Source: Pelomyxa schiedti (taxonomy: Eukaryota > Protista > Evosea). From it: a stretch of 64,000 nucleotides of DNA. Positions 36,598 through 49,900 of the stretch are shown in pieces; within the stretch, counting starts at the first letter, position 1; each line of letters opens with the position of its first letter. Under the pieces are notes generated by a model. That model was not told the origin of the DNA and made no database searches. It saw only the letters and a list, made by a program, of their open reading frames with translations. The position numbers were made by a program, and so were the translations under genes. Location: assembly GCA_020536535.1 (NCBI GenBank), contig JAHLWZ010000849.1, positions 1 through 64,000 on the forward strand. Direction: 5' to 3'.

Positions 36598-39500
36598 TCA
36601 TGGGGGTCCTTTCTTTGGTGCCTTGGGTTTTTTGAGTGTGATGTGGGTCACCTTTTGTGAGATTGGTTTAGTTTAGTACCACGGAGATTAGGAATACAAG
36701 AATAGAGGAAAGATTCCAACCTTTTTTATAGCCCGTGAAATTGCTTGGGTATCGTTGTGGTGGCCTGGTTCAGAGTTTTCATCGTTATCATTACAATCTT
36801 TTGCTGGTTCCTGTCTTCGTTGGTTTAGTGGCATTGCATTTCTAAGCAAAGAAGGGCTGGTGCGGTCCCGAAGTGCAACTGCTTTCTGAAGAATAGTGCT
36901 TAACTCTGTTGGTGGATAGTTCTATGTTTGGAAGTGAGTAGTAGATATGAAGGTATTTTTGATATAACCTGAAGAAGAAACATATTTGAGGAAAAATCCC
37001 CTTCCAGGAGTTGGGCCTTCAAGTTTCTATACTTAGTAAGTGACTTTTGTACTGGGATGTGTAAGCTGTACATGATCATGGCACAACAAAAATGCAACAT
37101 AAATTCAAATCGATGGGGATCGGCAAATAGTGAGTCCCAGAGTCGCAGCACATCTGGAAGATCAAATTCCTGAGAAACAAGTAAAAGAATCCATCTCAAT
37201 GAATATAACTGTGCAGAGGAGTAAGATAATGTTAAATAAGTGGAGGATAACTTCAATGGTGAGTCCTTTGCTCTCCAAATCAGACCATAACTGTTGGTAT
37301 CTTACTTGAGGGGAAGCTATTATGTCTCTTCATACCTCGGGGTCATGGAATTCGAGCAGGGTGTCAAGTTGACCCAGAGTCTTGTGTACACCAACAGTTG
37401 AAGAGTCCATTCTGTTAATCATCAAAAAGGAAAGGGACCACTTCCGCATACGATTTGATGAAATGATCCATGACCTCACCCATAAGCCCACTGAAGCAGA
37501 AGAATGTGTCTGCCTCGGCATTCAACATAGCCTCTATCCAGTTTAAGAAAAACCTTGTCACGCAGGAAACACTTTACCTGGATCATCTTTTCCCACATCC
37601 GACGTGCACACATAATACAACGGGGCCAGAATGGCATTCATTCCTGTGTATGATGAGGAAGGATACAAGTAAAAACCTTGAACATAGCGTATTCCAGGAT
37701 TTAGTTTTGCAAATAAGAATAGAATGTGTTTTAATGCATGGTAGTGTATTGTTTCACCTGACTAAATTTATGATTACTCAGAGCTTGCAACTCATGTTGT
37801 GTTACCGAAAAGTTGAATATGTGGAGATGAGGAGAAGTTCTTGTTATATCCTTATTGATTTCATTCAGTGCCACTTTATCGGGTGGTAAAGGAGAAAAAG
37901 TAGGAGGCTGGAAAACTTTAGAGAAACTAGCCAATAAGCTGTTTTGAATACAATCTGGCTGAGCCGAATCATTTCCTGATCAAATTCTGTTCTCCAGTCA
38001 GAGTAGCACCGTCTTTTTTCTTGTATTGTGGATTCCCACTGACTTCTATCCAATGGCAAGAAATCGAGAAGGATCTATGTTGCAGTCAGTCAAAAGGTAA
38101 TCAGTACGTTTGCACCTTCCAGTAAGCAGGTCTTAACCTCTCGGGAATTCCTTGGAAAGCCAGTTCCCGGATGTAAGAAATCGATAGAGTGCCTGCGTTA
38201 GGCGAAATTGCTTCCCCATATAATGCAACTCTGCATTATGACTAAGAGAAGAAATGAAAGGTTGGGCACCTCTGGGATGACTTGCTAGGTTGCTTTGAGC
38301 ATGCCTGAGATATTAGAGTGGATGGCAGCGTTGTAGATGGAATCGAATCCCCATCAATAGACGGAGAGCGGCTGCTACACGGGAGGGGGAATGGAGTTGA
38401 AGGAGAAGAGCTATACTGTGCATCAGAGCTCAGGTCAGGTGAGGAAGAGTTTGAGGTGTGCTCAATGCTCTGAGGTACGGAAGGAAGGGGATATGCGGGA
38501 ATAGCGTGGCGCATATGGGTTACTCCAGATCCATGTGACACCTGCCAGTTTCTGGGAGATTCGGGTGGTTGTGATTGATCAGAAGTGAGGCATGATGCGA
38601 AGTTTGAAATTACACTCTTTGGCAGATTTTGTGGAACAGGAGTTGACGCAAATGCCCAAGCTGAAGGTTGAGTTCCTTTTTTGGTTTCAGAGGCAGCACC
38701 CATGGGAAGTGGCGTGGTTGAGGCAGGTTGCTCAGGTTCCTCAATTGGGTTCTGTGGTTTATCCAACAATATAGAGACAGGGAGTATCTGTTCTGTTGAT
38801 TTTGCGCCATTTTGATATGAAGACAAAGGCAAACATGGAGACGAAACCGGTGTTGGTGTAGACAAAGAATATGAAGTTAGCGGAGGTGGAGATATTGAAG
38901 ATGCAGATGAAAAGGAAGAATCAAGGTTAGGGGATGGCTGTGGCTGTGGGGGGGTGGCCTGGTCAGAGACAGGAGGGGCAACCACATGCGCTTTTCTGGG
39001 CCCACATTCAGCAGAATCACCTGAACTACTTTCACCAACACACCCAAGTGAATCAACAGCCACCCCACTACCTGGCTCCGTGGTCCCATTAACGGCGGTA
39101 GTATTGTTGTGTATATTTCCGTTATCTTCAAGAATCGCCGTTTGGGACTGGGACTGGGACTGAGACTGAGACTGAGACTGGGCAGTTGGCCGCGGTGAAT
39201 TTGTTGGGCTGGGCTGGTGTTGCCTGACAACGACGGGGCTTGATGAGTTCGCATCACCCAATGCCCCGAGAGAGAAGCCAGGCTTCGTCACGCCCATAGT
39301 ACCCCCGTGGCCCAGTGACGCCTGAGAGGGAGGCCCAGTCCCACACGGCGCCTTTGGTTGCTGTTGCTGTTGTTGTTGTTGTTGTTGTTGTTGGCTGTGG
39401 TGGTGGCGGCACTCACCCACGGCGTCGTTCTTGTCCCGGCCCCCGCCGCCCCCGGCCCCGTCGCCGCTGCCCCCACTGAGGCAGCCATAGGTCGTTATCA

Positions 39501-39810
39501 TCAGCGGGCTGCTGGTCGCCGCCCCCGTCGGCGGGGGTGGCGGGCAGCGGGCAGCGGGGCACCCACCGCGGGTCGCCGGTACGTACTTGGGCAGGATGGG
39601 AGGGGGGATGCGGGACAGGGAGGTGCAGGGAAGCGGTGCCCTGCGGCGACAATAACCGCGTGGTGCTGGCTGAGGCGACGACGATGTCGGGGCAATCCGG
39701 GGTTGTGGATTGGGCTGCTGCGATTGTTGGTGGTGTTGCTGCTCGCTGGTCTCGTGCGTGAACGCGGGCAGCAACTTGGGGTTTTCACACGGGGCTGAAC
39801 CGTCGCTCAT
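36598..39810 (-). CDS. TBC1D13: TBC-domain RabGAP, TBC1D13-like, with long disordered N-terminus
   Basis: ELAFQGIPERLRPAYWK|ILLDFLP; INKDITRT (R finger); KLNPGIRYVQG|MNAILAPLYYV (Q finger); AEADTFFCF; RWILLLVSQEFDLPDVLRLWDSLFAD; LLQ|NYP. 3' end approximate. Confidence 0.88.
39144..39392 (-). repeat. Coding microsatellites (SQ hexamer run and polyQ run)
   Basis: (gactgg/gactga)n at ~39144-39181 and (ttg/ctg)n at ~39358-39392 in the TBC gene N-terminus. Confidence 0.85.
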
Positions 39811-40218
39811 TGGCCGAAAAAGAAGAAAAAAAAAAGGGGATTCCCCGAACGACAAAAAAAGAAAAAACAAGATGTTGGGGAAGCTGAGCAAACCGGGCGA
39901 AGAGTACTCCCTTGGTTAGCAGTTAACTGGGGCTCCAACCCAGTTAAACAAGCTGCTTGAGAAGAAAACAATTAATTTTTCCAAGAGACCAGTTTTAGAT
40001 TTTAGTCACTGGAAAGTGATTTTTTGGGGAGTCCCACAACGGGAGACAATTACCATATCATAAGACTCATTTATGCGGGGAAAAAGAAGGCCTCCTCTTT
40101 TCCTTCCATTAGAATTCTACAGTAGTGCATTGGGGTTTTGTTGGTTGGTTGTGCCTGAGTTGTAGTGACTGTGTGTTTGAGAGTTTATAGCGGGTAATGG
40201 GGTAGGTTAGGTACGGTT

Positions 40219-43200
40219 CTAATAGGGGTATGCAGGGCAAGGCTCCAATGTGCAGTTGGCAAAACACCCAGGGTTAGCATGAAGGAATGGGTCTCCAATG
40301 AGTCGGTCGTGGTGCAAAGTCCACACAAGGGAACTCACGGAGTGGGAGCGTTTTCCTATTGGGATATACTCATAACCACGGTCAGGTTCCCCATATATCC
40401 TGTGTTAGTTTTAGAGTTGGGTTGTGGTTTTTCTTTAGTTTAGCTTACTCCGCAAGTTTAAGATCACCATCAATCATTCTACATAGCTGGAAAACTTGGT
40501 TTGGCCCCCCGACCCTTTGTATGACAACGAAGGAACCTGGTGTGCTGTAAAGCAGTCTCCTCAGGTCCTTGTCTTCCACCATTCCAGCAAACCAGACCTG
40601 TGAGCAGAGTTTGGTCATCTGTTGTTGGTGAACTTGTTAGTACGACTGAATTGTGGGAAAACAATTTGGGGTACGCAACTGCGAGAAAGTGCTCCGTTTT
40701 CGCGTAGAAGCATCCAAATGAAGCAATGAATGAGTTGAACTGCTTTGGAGTAATGTCACAGCCAATGCCTAGTTGTAATGTTAGTGTGTTTGTGAAGTTG
40801 GGTGTTGGTTGTACCGAGCGGGGCCCTCTGCAGGACATTAATCAACTCTTGGGGCTGCTGCAAGTTCGCCGCTAAACAGTTTCCAAAGTCCTTCCAAGGC
40901 ACCTTCAACTTAAGCCCAAAGCAAGATATCCACCAGTTGAGGTCTCTCACATGTGGAATGTCGACTCTGAGGGTGATCTCCTTGAGCTTCTCTATTACAA
41001 CCATGATGGGTGGTCTCTCTGTGGGTTCTTGGTGCCACATACTTTCAATGAGAGCTTTCATGTGTCCGGCCTATGACATAGAGTGAGAAGGGTGTGAAGA
41101 AAACTGGAATTGGCAAAACCACTCACCAGTGTTTGTGGTGCCCATGGCTTATTCGGTGCATTTAGTGGGTAAAATGAAGGCCTTTTGCCATCTTGCAGCG
41201 CAGTTATGACTTGGTTGGTATTATACCCAGGAAAGACTGGCAGCCTTGTGAACATTTTAAAGAACGTTACACCCAATGCAAAGCTGTTGTAACCAAAAGA
41301 AAAAGAAAACACGTGAGCAATTTTTGTATTGAGAGTGGTGACTTCTTTCTCCCTTCACCCTTTATTTTACTTGACTACTCACAAACATACATATCAGTAG
41401 ATGTAGACCCACAACAGACAAGTTGAGGTGTAGCTGAAGAACGGGAAGAATTCTGCGGAGAAAACATCTCGGGTGGCATATAACCGACTAGGGAAAGTTT
41501 CAAGTAATTGATTTATTCGAATTAAGGTTACGCCAAATAGTCAGCTGGACATACCAGTGCCTAATCCCGGATCAGTTTCGAGGTGGCTCTTCCCATTGGG
41601 CAGCTGCCGTGCGAATCCAAAATCAGCCAGCTAAGTTTACATGTTTAGGCCTTCTTGAAAGGGGAGGGACAATCTTACTTGTACTTTCAAACCTTGGAAG
41701 TCATCCCTACGGAGCAATATGTTGCTCGGTTTGATGTCTCTAAACGGCTGGTTAGCTTTGACTAGGACTTGTGAAGCAGGGAGAGAGGGACCCGAACCGA
41801 TGCAGAGTCTTCATAACAACATGGAGATGTGCCACAGCTTTTGACTGTTTAGGGTTGGGTGAGTTAGTGAAATAAAGAAAATCTCCTTGCGAAAAGAAAG
41901 GAAGGGATGTGGAGGAGTAAACTCACCATCTGAAGTGCTATTTGCAACATTCCTGTGAACCATTCATCAACGTTATCAGTAGTGAACTCCTTTGGTACTC
42001 CGGGAATACACTTGGGGTTTTCGATCAATGTCTGCAGATCTCCAGCCATCTCCGGCATTACAAAAGTCGCCATATCACTAGTCTCGCATACATCTGTAGA
42101 ACGAATCAATGAATGAATTAAGAGAGGTGAAAAAACTCTTACAGTAAAGGGGTACAATGTACTCATGGCTGGCACTTCTCAACAACATGGCCTCGTACTT
42201 GACGCGCCTAACGGGAGTGGGATTTGCGCCGATGAGTGGTACTTCCTTGATGGCATAACGACAGTCTAACATTGTGGCGCGGTACACTTGGCCATAGGTG
42301 CCGCCTGCGATCCTTTCACCACGGGTGATTTTCCCTGTTACATCCAGCACGGACTTTGGCCAGTTTGGCTCCTCGAATTGTGAACCCCTTGGTTTGCTGC
42401 TTTCTCCTGTCTGTCCCACAACTATTGCTCCCCCTCCAACTCCTAGTCCTGAAACCAAAGCAATTCCCCCTAGAACTGGGGTAGCGGCAGCATTGGGTAG
42501 TATTGTGGGAATAGGTGTAGTGGTGTTTGCTGGTACTGTTTTACTTGTTGTTGTGTAAGTGGTTGTGCAACAGTTCACATTATGGCTGTCATCCTCCGCC
42601 ACAAGAACTGGCTTTGGTACTGGTTTTGGTATTGCAGGAGGCAAGGTGGCAGTGCGACTCTTGGAAATTGGTTCACTCACCGCGACGTCTTCATCATTAT
42701 CTGGGGTCAGTACCTCGTCACCTTGCTCTTGTTCATAGTCGTGAGCCCCTGAGGTGTGATGATGGTGATTACTGTGACGCGGCAGGGTTGCAATGTTACT
42801 GTTGGTGTCGTCGTGGTAATCATCTTCCGTGCAAGTGATTTCTCCACTGTAAGGTTGGCGCGAACCAAGGCACACTACAGACTCCTCTCTGTCAGCAGAC
42901 GCAGAGCCGTAGACATATGTGGAGGCTTGTTGATGGACAGAGGGGTTGCATCTCTGGGACCGCTCCGAGTTGGGAGCCATGGCCTGCCAAGCGCGGGCCG
43001 TATCGGCTGCAGAGGGGAGAACCAGCTTGAGGCAGTCTGCGTCGCTCAGCCATAGATCAGGGAGGGAAGTCCGTGCAAGCTGTGCATCCGCGGCAGAATC
43101 AAAAATAACGTAGGTGACGTGACACCCAATAGCCGGGAAAGAATCTTGAACCCTATTTTTTGATGGTTTGCCATACCAGTTTCTCGTTCGCAGTAACTGA

Positions 43201-43416
43201 AAAAAAAAAAACTTCAAAACGCAAAATGCCGTGGATGACGAGACGAGGAGACGAGATGGCGGTTGGGGGGAACAAAAAAACCAAAAGAAATGGAACACGG
43301 ACCCCCTTATCAGTGTCGTAGTAGTCGCACGGCGGTACTCTTCCTTCAGCCTGTTCCACTTTCTTGCTGTGCAGACGAGGTAATACCGGTAGTTCGTCGC
43401 ATAAGTCCGCAGCCAT
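40219..43416 (-). CDS. TKL kinase with C-terminal SH2 domain (Dictyostelium Shk-like architecture)
   Basis: Exon 1 MAADLCDE...DKG splices in frame to LLRTRNW. Motifs AGGTYGQV, YAIKE, LHR|DIKPSNILL, LADFGFAR, GT|VGYMPPE, SFGV, SMWHQEPTERP; SH2 WFAGMVEDKDLRRLLYSTPGSFVVIQ. Stop at 40219. Confidence 0.88.
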
Positions 43417-44551
43417 GTTGCTATTTCTTTTATTTGTTTGATTTTGGGGTTTTTTTTTTACCGCCTTTGTCTTTAATGCCCTGCGGTACAATTTAATTGG
43501 CATGCTCCGAAACTATCGGTTTGGCGAATCCTATAGTTTTACGCATCCTCCTTTATTTTTAATAAGTAATATTATCTGTCTTAGCCGAAAGCGCGAGGAA
43601 GATCTCCTCGCATTGAAGTCGAGATGTTTGTACTTCCTTTACTGCCTGCCACTTGACCCTTATTGTGTTGTAAAAAGCATAAATCCCTCTTTAACAGATG
43701 ATCTCACCATCACAAGACGAAACATGAAGTTTGGGGAAGCCACTCTTTTGGCAGTAATACAGAACAAAATGAATGTGTTTTAACAACGAACTTAAGGAAG
43801 AAACTCTTCTCCCACAAATGAAAGCGAGATAGCCTACAGTTTTGTTTGTACCTCCTCATGGTTACACTTGGCTCTCGTGAAGATAAAACAATAAAATTTT
43901 TTTGATTTTTCACTGAACGCCCAAAACAAGCAACCATTTCGTGGGTCTCTGGTCTCTCTCTGGGGGTGGTCTCTTGTGTGCTGTTTGTGCTTTGAGTGGG
44001 GGGTGTCATATCTTCCCAAAGCCGGTATATGCCACTCAAGCTCTGGTAACGAAATGGTGAATCCCATCACCCACATGCACAAACAGAAGAGAACCACCCC
44101 CAGGGATTCAATCCTGGTGGAAAATGTTAGGGTACTGTATAAAATTATAATTCAAACTACCTTTTGAAATGGGCCGAATTTCGTGGGTCTCTGATTGTGC
44201 TTAAAAAAGAAAGAAACGCCTACGAAGCATATTAAATTCACACACTCCTTTATTATGAATAAAAAACAAACCACGTATAGAAAAAATAAAAACACTTTTT
44301 ACGTAAGCGTGAAAACAGAAAAGCAATAACCATACAAGAACGTAAGAGACTAAACACGTCAGAGGCTGCGCCGCCGATGTTGCCTAGTAAAAAAACTCCG
44401 GTGCTGCGACCGAGAAGATGCGAGCGAAAAGAAAATTAAAAACGATCCGAAAGGAAAAAAACGAAAGTCTAAAAATTACGCACTTTGATCCAGGTTTTTT
44501 TTGGAGGTGGTGACGCGGTTGGGTATTGCTGCGGGTTGTTGTGGGAGGGGA

Positions 44552-45960
44552 ACAACACACCCGTGCCCGAATGAGACGAGACGTCGGGGTCGGCGTCGCA
44601 ATTGTGGGATGCCGTGACGGGGCATTATTATCGTGGGGTTGCCGGCTACTACGAAGTCGGCTTGGCTCATCCATCGTGATTGCGATCGTGAACGTGATTG
44701 GGGGCTGGTTGGTGGCCAGCTTGGTGCTTTTTTTTTTTTGGTTGTGGCCTCCCCCCATCTTTCCTGGGTGGTGGACCGGACCAGCTGTATTGTTGTTGCC
44801 CCGGCATATGTTGGCAACACATATATTCGTGGTGAACAAGATGCCTGGAATATGCGCACAAATAGTTGATTGATGTTGGAGCATGCTTCATCAAGGCCGC
44901 TTTCAGCATTTTTTCCTGCAAGCTCCGCCGGCATCCATTGTTGTGCGGCGCTGATGATTATTGCCCAAGGAGGAAGGAAATCCCCATTGTGGTTTTTGGT
45001 TTTGGTGCATTTTCCCCTCCCAACGCCAACTGGTCTCCGCGAGATGTGTCGTTGCACCCAACCGACACATCAAAAAAAACCGCCTCCCAGTATTCTCTGC
45101 ATCACAGATTCACAGTTATTTTTTTCTATGACAGACCCCCTTAGGGGTCCTCATACTTCTTCTGTTGGAAGGCTATATACTCTGTATGTCAACAGGTGAA
45201 ACACAGAGACTTCTGCCTGGTACCCTCAGATTGATTTCCCCGTAGTAAGAAGCAACACACCGGGGACGTACTTGTTAACAACCACTGTAAGAGGATACGA
45301 GTATTGCCCCCACTCATATCATTCCCCCCATAGTTCTGTTGTTTTGCGAGAGCAACACAAGCTGTACGGAATGGTTGATAAGCATTCCACATGACACTGG
45401 ATGAGGTGAAATGATTCCCTTATTCAGACTCAAAACCAAATACAACACAGGTTTTGGAAATTTGGGTGTGTGAACCAGAGAACCTCTGCTAACACCAAGC
45501 TGTAAGTCTGGCAGATGCTGTGGAGAGTGTTCCAGAGATAATGCTTCCATAGCTAGAGAGAAGTTCGTTGCCACACCCAGGGTTTGTAAGGTAACTTTCA
45601 ACACCCATCAGAATGTGGCCGTATGTGCGTGACACTGGCCAAGTCGCCACAAACAACAACACTGAGCTCACTCACACATTACACTTGGGCATTTAAGTCT
45701 GGGTGTGTACACAATTTGTATTTTCCCTGTTTGTTTTTTTAAAAACGGTAGGTTTTTTTGGAATACAGCCCAAATGTACATATTTACTGAAGCGAGACGG
45801 ACCAGACCTTTAATTCCTTCCACAACAACTCCTGAAAGTACCCTCACAATGAGCTGAAAACGAGAATTAAACTGGATGAAGTGCACTTCTGTGGTGTGCA
45901 GTGGTCATTGATCATACCTCCTCTCTTTCTCCACACAAGCACCGCACACAGGCTCACTCT
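44552..45960 (-). pseudogene. Decayed multi-exon gene of unknown family (repeat copy B)
   Basis: Coding-like fragments broken by stops and frameshifts (PYKPWVWQRTSL*LWKHYLWNTLHSICQ; MWNAYQPFRTACVALAK; NGDFLPPW...). The 3' part is duplicated at 1-519. Confidence 0.55.
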
Positions 45961-46664
45961 GCTCGTCACCATCACCTTCTTCTTTTATAGACCTAACGTT
46001 ATTATTGTCTCTCCCACAAGACAATAATAAACTCGGAAGTTGTGTGATGGAGTTTTTCAACTTGGGTCTGAAAATTGGGGAGTTGTTTGAAAAGATAAAT
46101 TCCTGGTAAAAAGAAAAATTTTATTTTTACAACCCCGCGTTTGGAGTGCCGGGGACGATGTGGGAGCAGGAGAGTGCATTCATTTGCACTCATGGATGTT
46201 CTTGTGATAGCGTGTGTTGATGATGTTCATTGAGGTGTGTAGAGTGACTCCATTGCCTGGCTGTGTGTTCTCTGAGATCTCAATGGAGTGTCTGTCACAT
46301 TGAAATGTCTGTCTACCACGGAGATTGAACAGTGTTCTCAGGAAATTATCACCAACGGCAATCCCAACTCAAACAGCCCCTGCCTCATTCTCAGTCCCAG
46401 GCCGAGCCTCCCCTCTGCGGAGCCCAATTCCATGAAAGGCTGGCCCTGCTGCTCGGCGCCCTGGGGGGTACGGGCGACGCTGGTGGCGTGAGCGTCGAGC
46501 TGAGAGTGAGACTTAACAAAAAGAAAAATGGAAACGTACCTGCTTGGTCACCCACTGGGGCCACTTCTGTGGTTGTCTTCAACCTGTGTGAGGAGAGAAT
46601 AAGTCCAAAAAGAAAACTAAACGAAAACGAAATAAACAGCCCACTGCAGCGTAGGTCAGTAACT

Positions 46665-46846
46665 GTTGGGAGCCATGGCCTGCCAATCACGGGGTATCGG
46701 TTGCATAGGGGAGAGCCAGCCTGACGCTCAACCAGAGGTCCCTAATCGTTCCACATGGCTGCGACGAGTACTACCGGTATTACCTCGTCTTGCTGTGCAA
46801 GAAAGTGGAACAATTTGAAGGAAGAGTACCGTGCGACTACTACGGC
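46665..46846. pseudogene. Scrambled relic of the 5' end of the TKL-SH2 kinase gene
   Basis: 46665-46733 matches ~42969-43053 on the same strand; 46754-46844 matches 43317-43417 on the opposite strand. Confidence 0.8.
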
Positions 46847-46979
46847 CAAGCAAAAACACCGACGATTAGCTTTGAACAACGGCCCACCTTGTTTTGGTTT
46901 CTTTTGTAAAAAAAAACTTCAAATTGACATCAGCATTAACGTTTGACAGATTCTGGAAGTTGCACATAGCCAAACCTTG

Positions 46980-49900
46980 CTAGCCAGAACTATCCAAGGT
47001 GCTGGAAACGTCCTCGGGAGGAGCCTCATTGAGGCTGCTGTGGCTGTGACGGTGGTGATGGTGATGCCCGTGGTGGTGGTGATGGTGGCTGTGTGTTTTG
47101 TGTTTGTGTGGAAGGGAGATGATGCCTTGCTGTGGGTCTACCTGCAGGTCTACGGAACTGCTTTTGCTGGTGTCACTTTGTTGGTGGGAGTGTGCCTCTG
47201 ATGATCCAGAAGAGCTGGGTTCCAGGTGGCTGGAAATGGTGAGGTCTGGTGTGTTCCCCACAATTGACTGCGACGTTGAGCCTATGACATCACTTAGCTG
47301 GATATTCGAGCCGGAGTGACTTCGCGATGAGGGCGGGGGTGAGAATCTCGGCAGAACGTTCGCTTCGCTGAAAGATGTATCCCCGGCAATGGAATTGAAG
47401 TCGAAGCTGTCAAATAAGTTATCGGAAGTGCCTCCTGGATTTGTGGTTGTGGGTTGTGAGGTGATGTCTGCTTCAAAGCTGTTGAAGGCACTCAATGTGG
47501 AAAAGCGAGAGCTGCTGTGGTCCTGGGCGGACCTAGACGGGGTGGCTATCTTTCTGTTCAAGCTTTCGAGGACTGTGCAATAGTTGCTACTGTTGGTAGG
47601 TTGTGAATCAGCTTTATCGCTTGTTTTGTGGCTACTTTCGGGTTCCACAAACGACGCAAAGGAATTCTCCTCATCGTTTCCGGTACGAAGAGCTTCAAAG
47701 CTTTCCTCAAAAAGTAACAGAGAGCTGTGTCCTCCCGATCCCTGTGATCTGGTTTTCCCTGTAGTTACCCCTTTATCAGACTCAACGAATGAGTTCCACA
47801 ATTCACTATCCCCAGTTTGAACGGAAGCGACATCATTAGACTGCACAATAGAGTGCACACCAGTGTGACTTGGAGTGTTGCCCAATGAAGGAAATTTCTG
47901 TACACTGATTTGAAGTTCTTCTGACCTCCCAGATGATTGCTCGAGGGCATTTTCCATGCTACCCGAAATCAACAAACTGTCAGTTGATTTTCTGGAAGAA
48001 CTCCTCGGGTCTGTAGAACCTGCACTTGTCAACTGCAATGAGCCAAAACTAGTTTCACATGTGCTGAGCTTTGCATTTAAGCTGGCTAAGACCGATTCAT
48101 AAGAATCTCTTTTATCAACTGGTGCTAAACAGGGAGTTGGTGTTTGCATTTGAACCCTAGCACTTGGTTTAGCAGAGGAGGCATCCAAATCCAATGAATT
48201 AGAATAATAATGGTCTTCGCTGTTTTCTTCCTCCTGTGCATTCAAAATATCATGTGCCAGTTCTGATAAGCAAATGCTATCAGAATCAACTTTGTAATTC
48301 TCTCTGTGAAGAACAGATGAGCCTTCCATTTGTATTGACCAAGTCCCACTGTTAGCAATAGACACTGATTGAGAGTCATTAAAAGAGGGAAAGTAGGTGT
48401 TCCACGAAAGTTCTCTACTCTCCAAGGAAGCTGGGTTCACAGACGACTTATGGCTTGAGTTACTCTTTCCAGATTTCAGCTTTGATGGCAATGGCTCACC
48501 ACTTACGCTAGGGCTGGCAGTTGTTTTTTGTGTTCCTGTCACCAGGGAGTTGTGCTTTGACTGAGGTGTCTCACTTGACTTGCTGTTGCTTGTAAGGCAA
48601 AAGGAGTGAACTTCGGACTTATCACAATGAGTAGTTCCAGAAGGAAGAGTACTTAGGGGCTCAATTAAATGAGTCCCAGAATTAGATGTAAGGTAATCTT
48701 GAATATCATTGCTCTGGACGATGGCGGAGTCAAGGCTGGCAAAACAACTAGTGTTGGGTTTGCTGATCACTGTGGAAGTCATCAGGTTATCATCGAGGTC
48801 TTCAGTACAGATAGAGGACATTTGGGCACAGTGTTCAATATGAGATACAGGAGTTCTTGTCAGTCCTGCAGATAATGAGGGACTTTCCTTGTCAACGACA
48901 GGCTTTTCCACAGTTAGCGAGGGGTAGTCTTTGTCAAGGGGATCATAAACTGCGGAATAATTGTCTGTATGAGACTGGGATGCATCACTGATATGAGACA
49001 CTTCACCAAGAATCTCGTCCACAGTGTTAAAAATAGTGGACTGAAAGCTTAACTTTTTCGACTCAGAAGAGACGGGTAGTTGCGAGAAAGATGATAATAT
49101 CGAGACAGAGGACCCTGACAAAGAGTTTTTGGATAGATCGACCTCGGGTGCCACCTCGGGAATAGGTGTGCTGGGAGGTGGTGGGATTTGGTTGGAGTCT
49201 TTTTCAGATTGGGAGTGATGAGCTGCAATAAGGGATCTGGTGGTAACATCAGAGAGAGGTTTGAAAGTATGTTCAGTGGAAGGTTTTTCTGAAGAATGAC
49301 GGCTACTTTTTCTGCTCGTGGTTTCCCCAAGGGAATGATTTTTTGAAGACTGTATACTTTTTAACTTCGTTGTGGTTGATGAACTTGGTGGTTGCTGGTT
49401 ACTTAAGAAGGAATGATGTGAATACACTGTCTCTGAATCCTCTGGATCACGTTCATCAGACACGATTTCAACAGTGCCAAATAAGTTACCACTACTATCA
49501 CTTAAGAACACTGAACTTACACCGTCTTCAGACGTGTTAATGCTTTCTACACCTGTAAACAAAGTCATATAACCGTCTGTACTATGAGAAGATTCTCCTG
49601 CTGTGGCAGTCCTGGTGCGGTCATTCCTTATACGTGGGTTGGAGAGTTGAATTTTTGAATCTTCTTGTACTGACTGTGGCCCGCGTGAAGACCTCTCTGA
49701 CAAGGACTCGAAACTTGATGGCTTCATGGAGTCCACAGAGTCGGCACAGTAAGACGGAGGAAAATCGGTGGAATCTATTATTAGAGATTCGGAGGAAGCG
49801 TCAATGCGTTCTTGGGAAATTAGAACGTCAACACTTTTATCTCTATCAGAAGCGTGGAAGGAAGGAGATTCTCGCAAATACAACGTTGAAGAGGAGGGAA

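Noticed and set aside
46755-46946. CARKWNNLKEEYR looks like a Myb/SANT-trihelix (Harbinger-associated) motif
   Set aside because: It is an alternative frame of the kinase exon-1 relic. In the intact gene the frame that splices correctly reads MAADLCDELPVLPRLHSKK. No transposase or terminal inverted repeats are visible.
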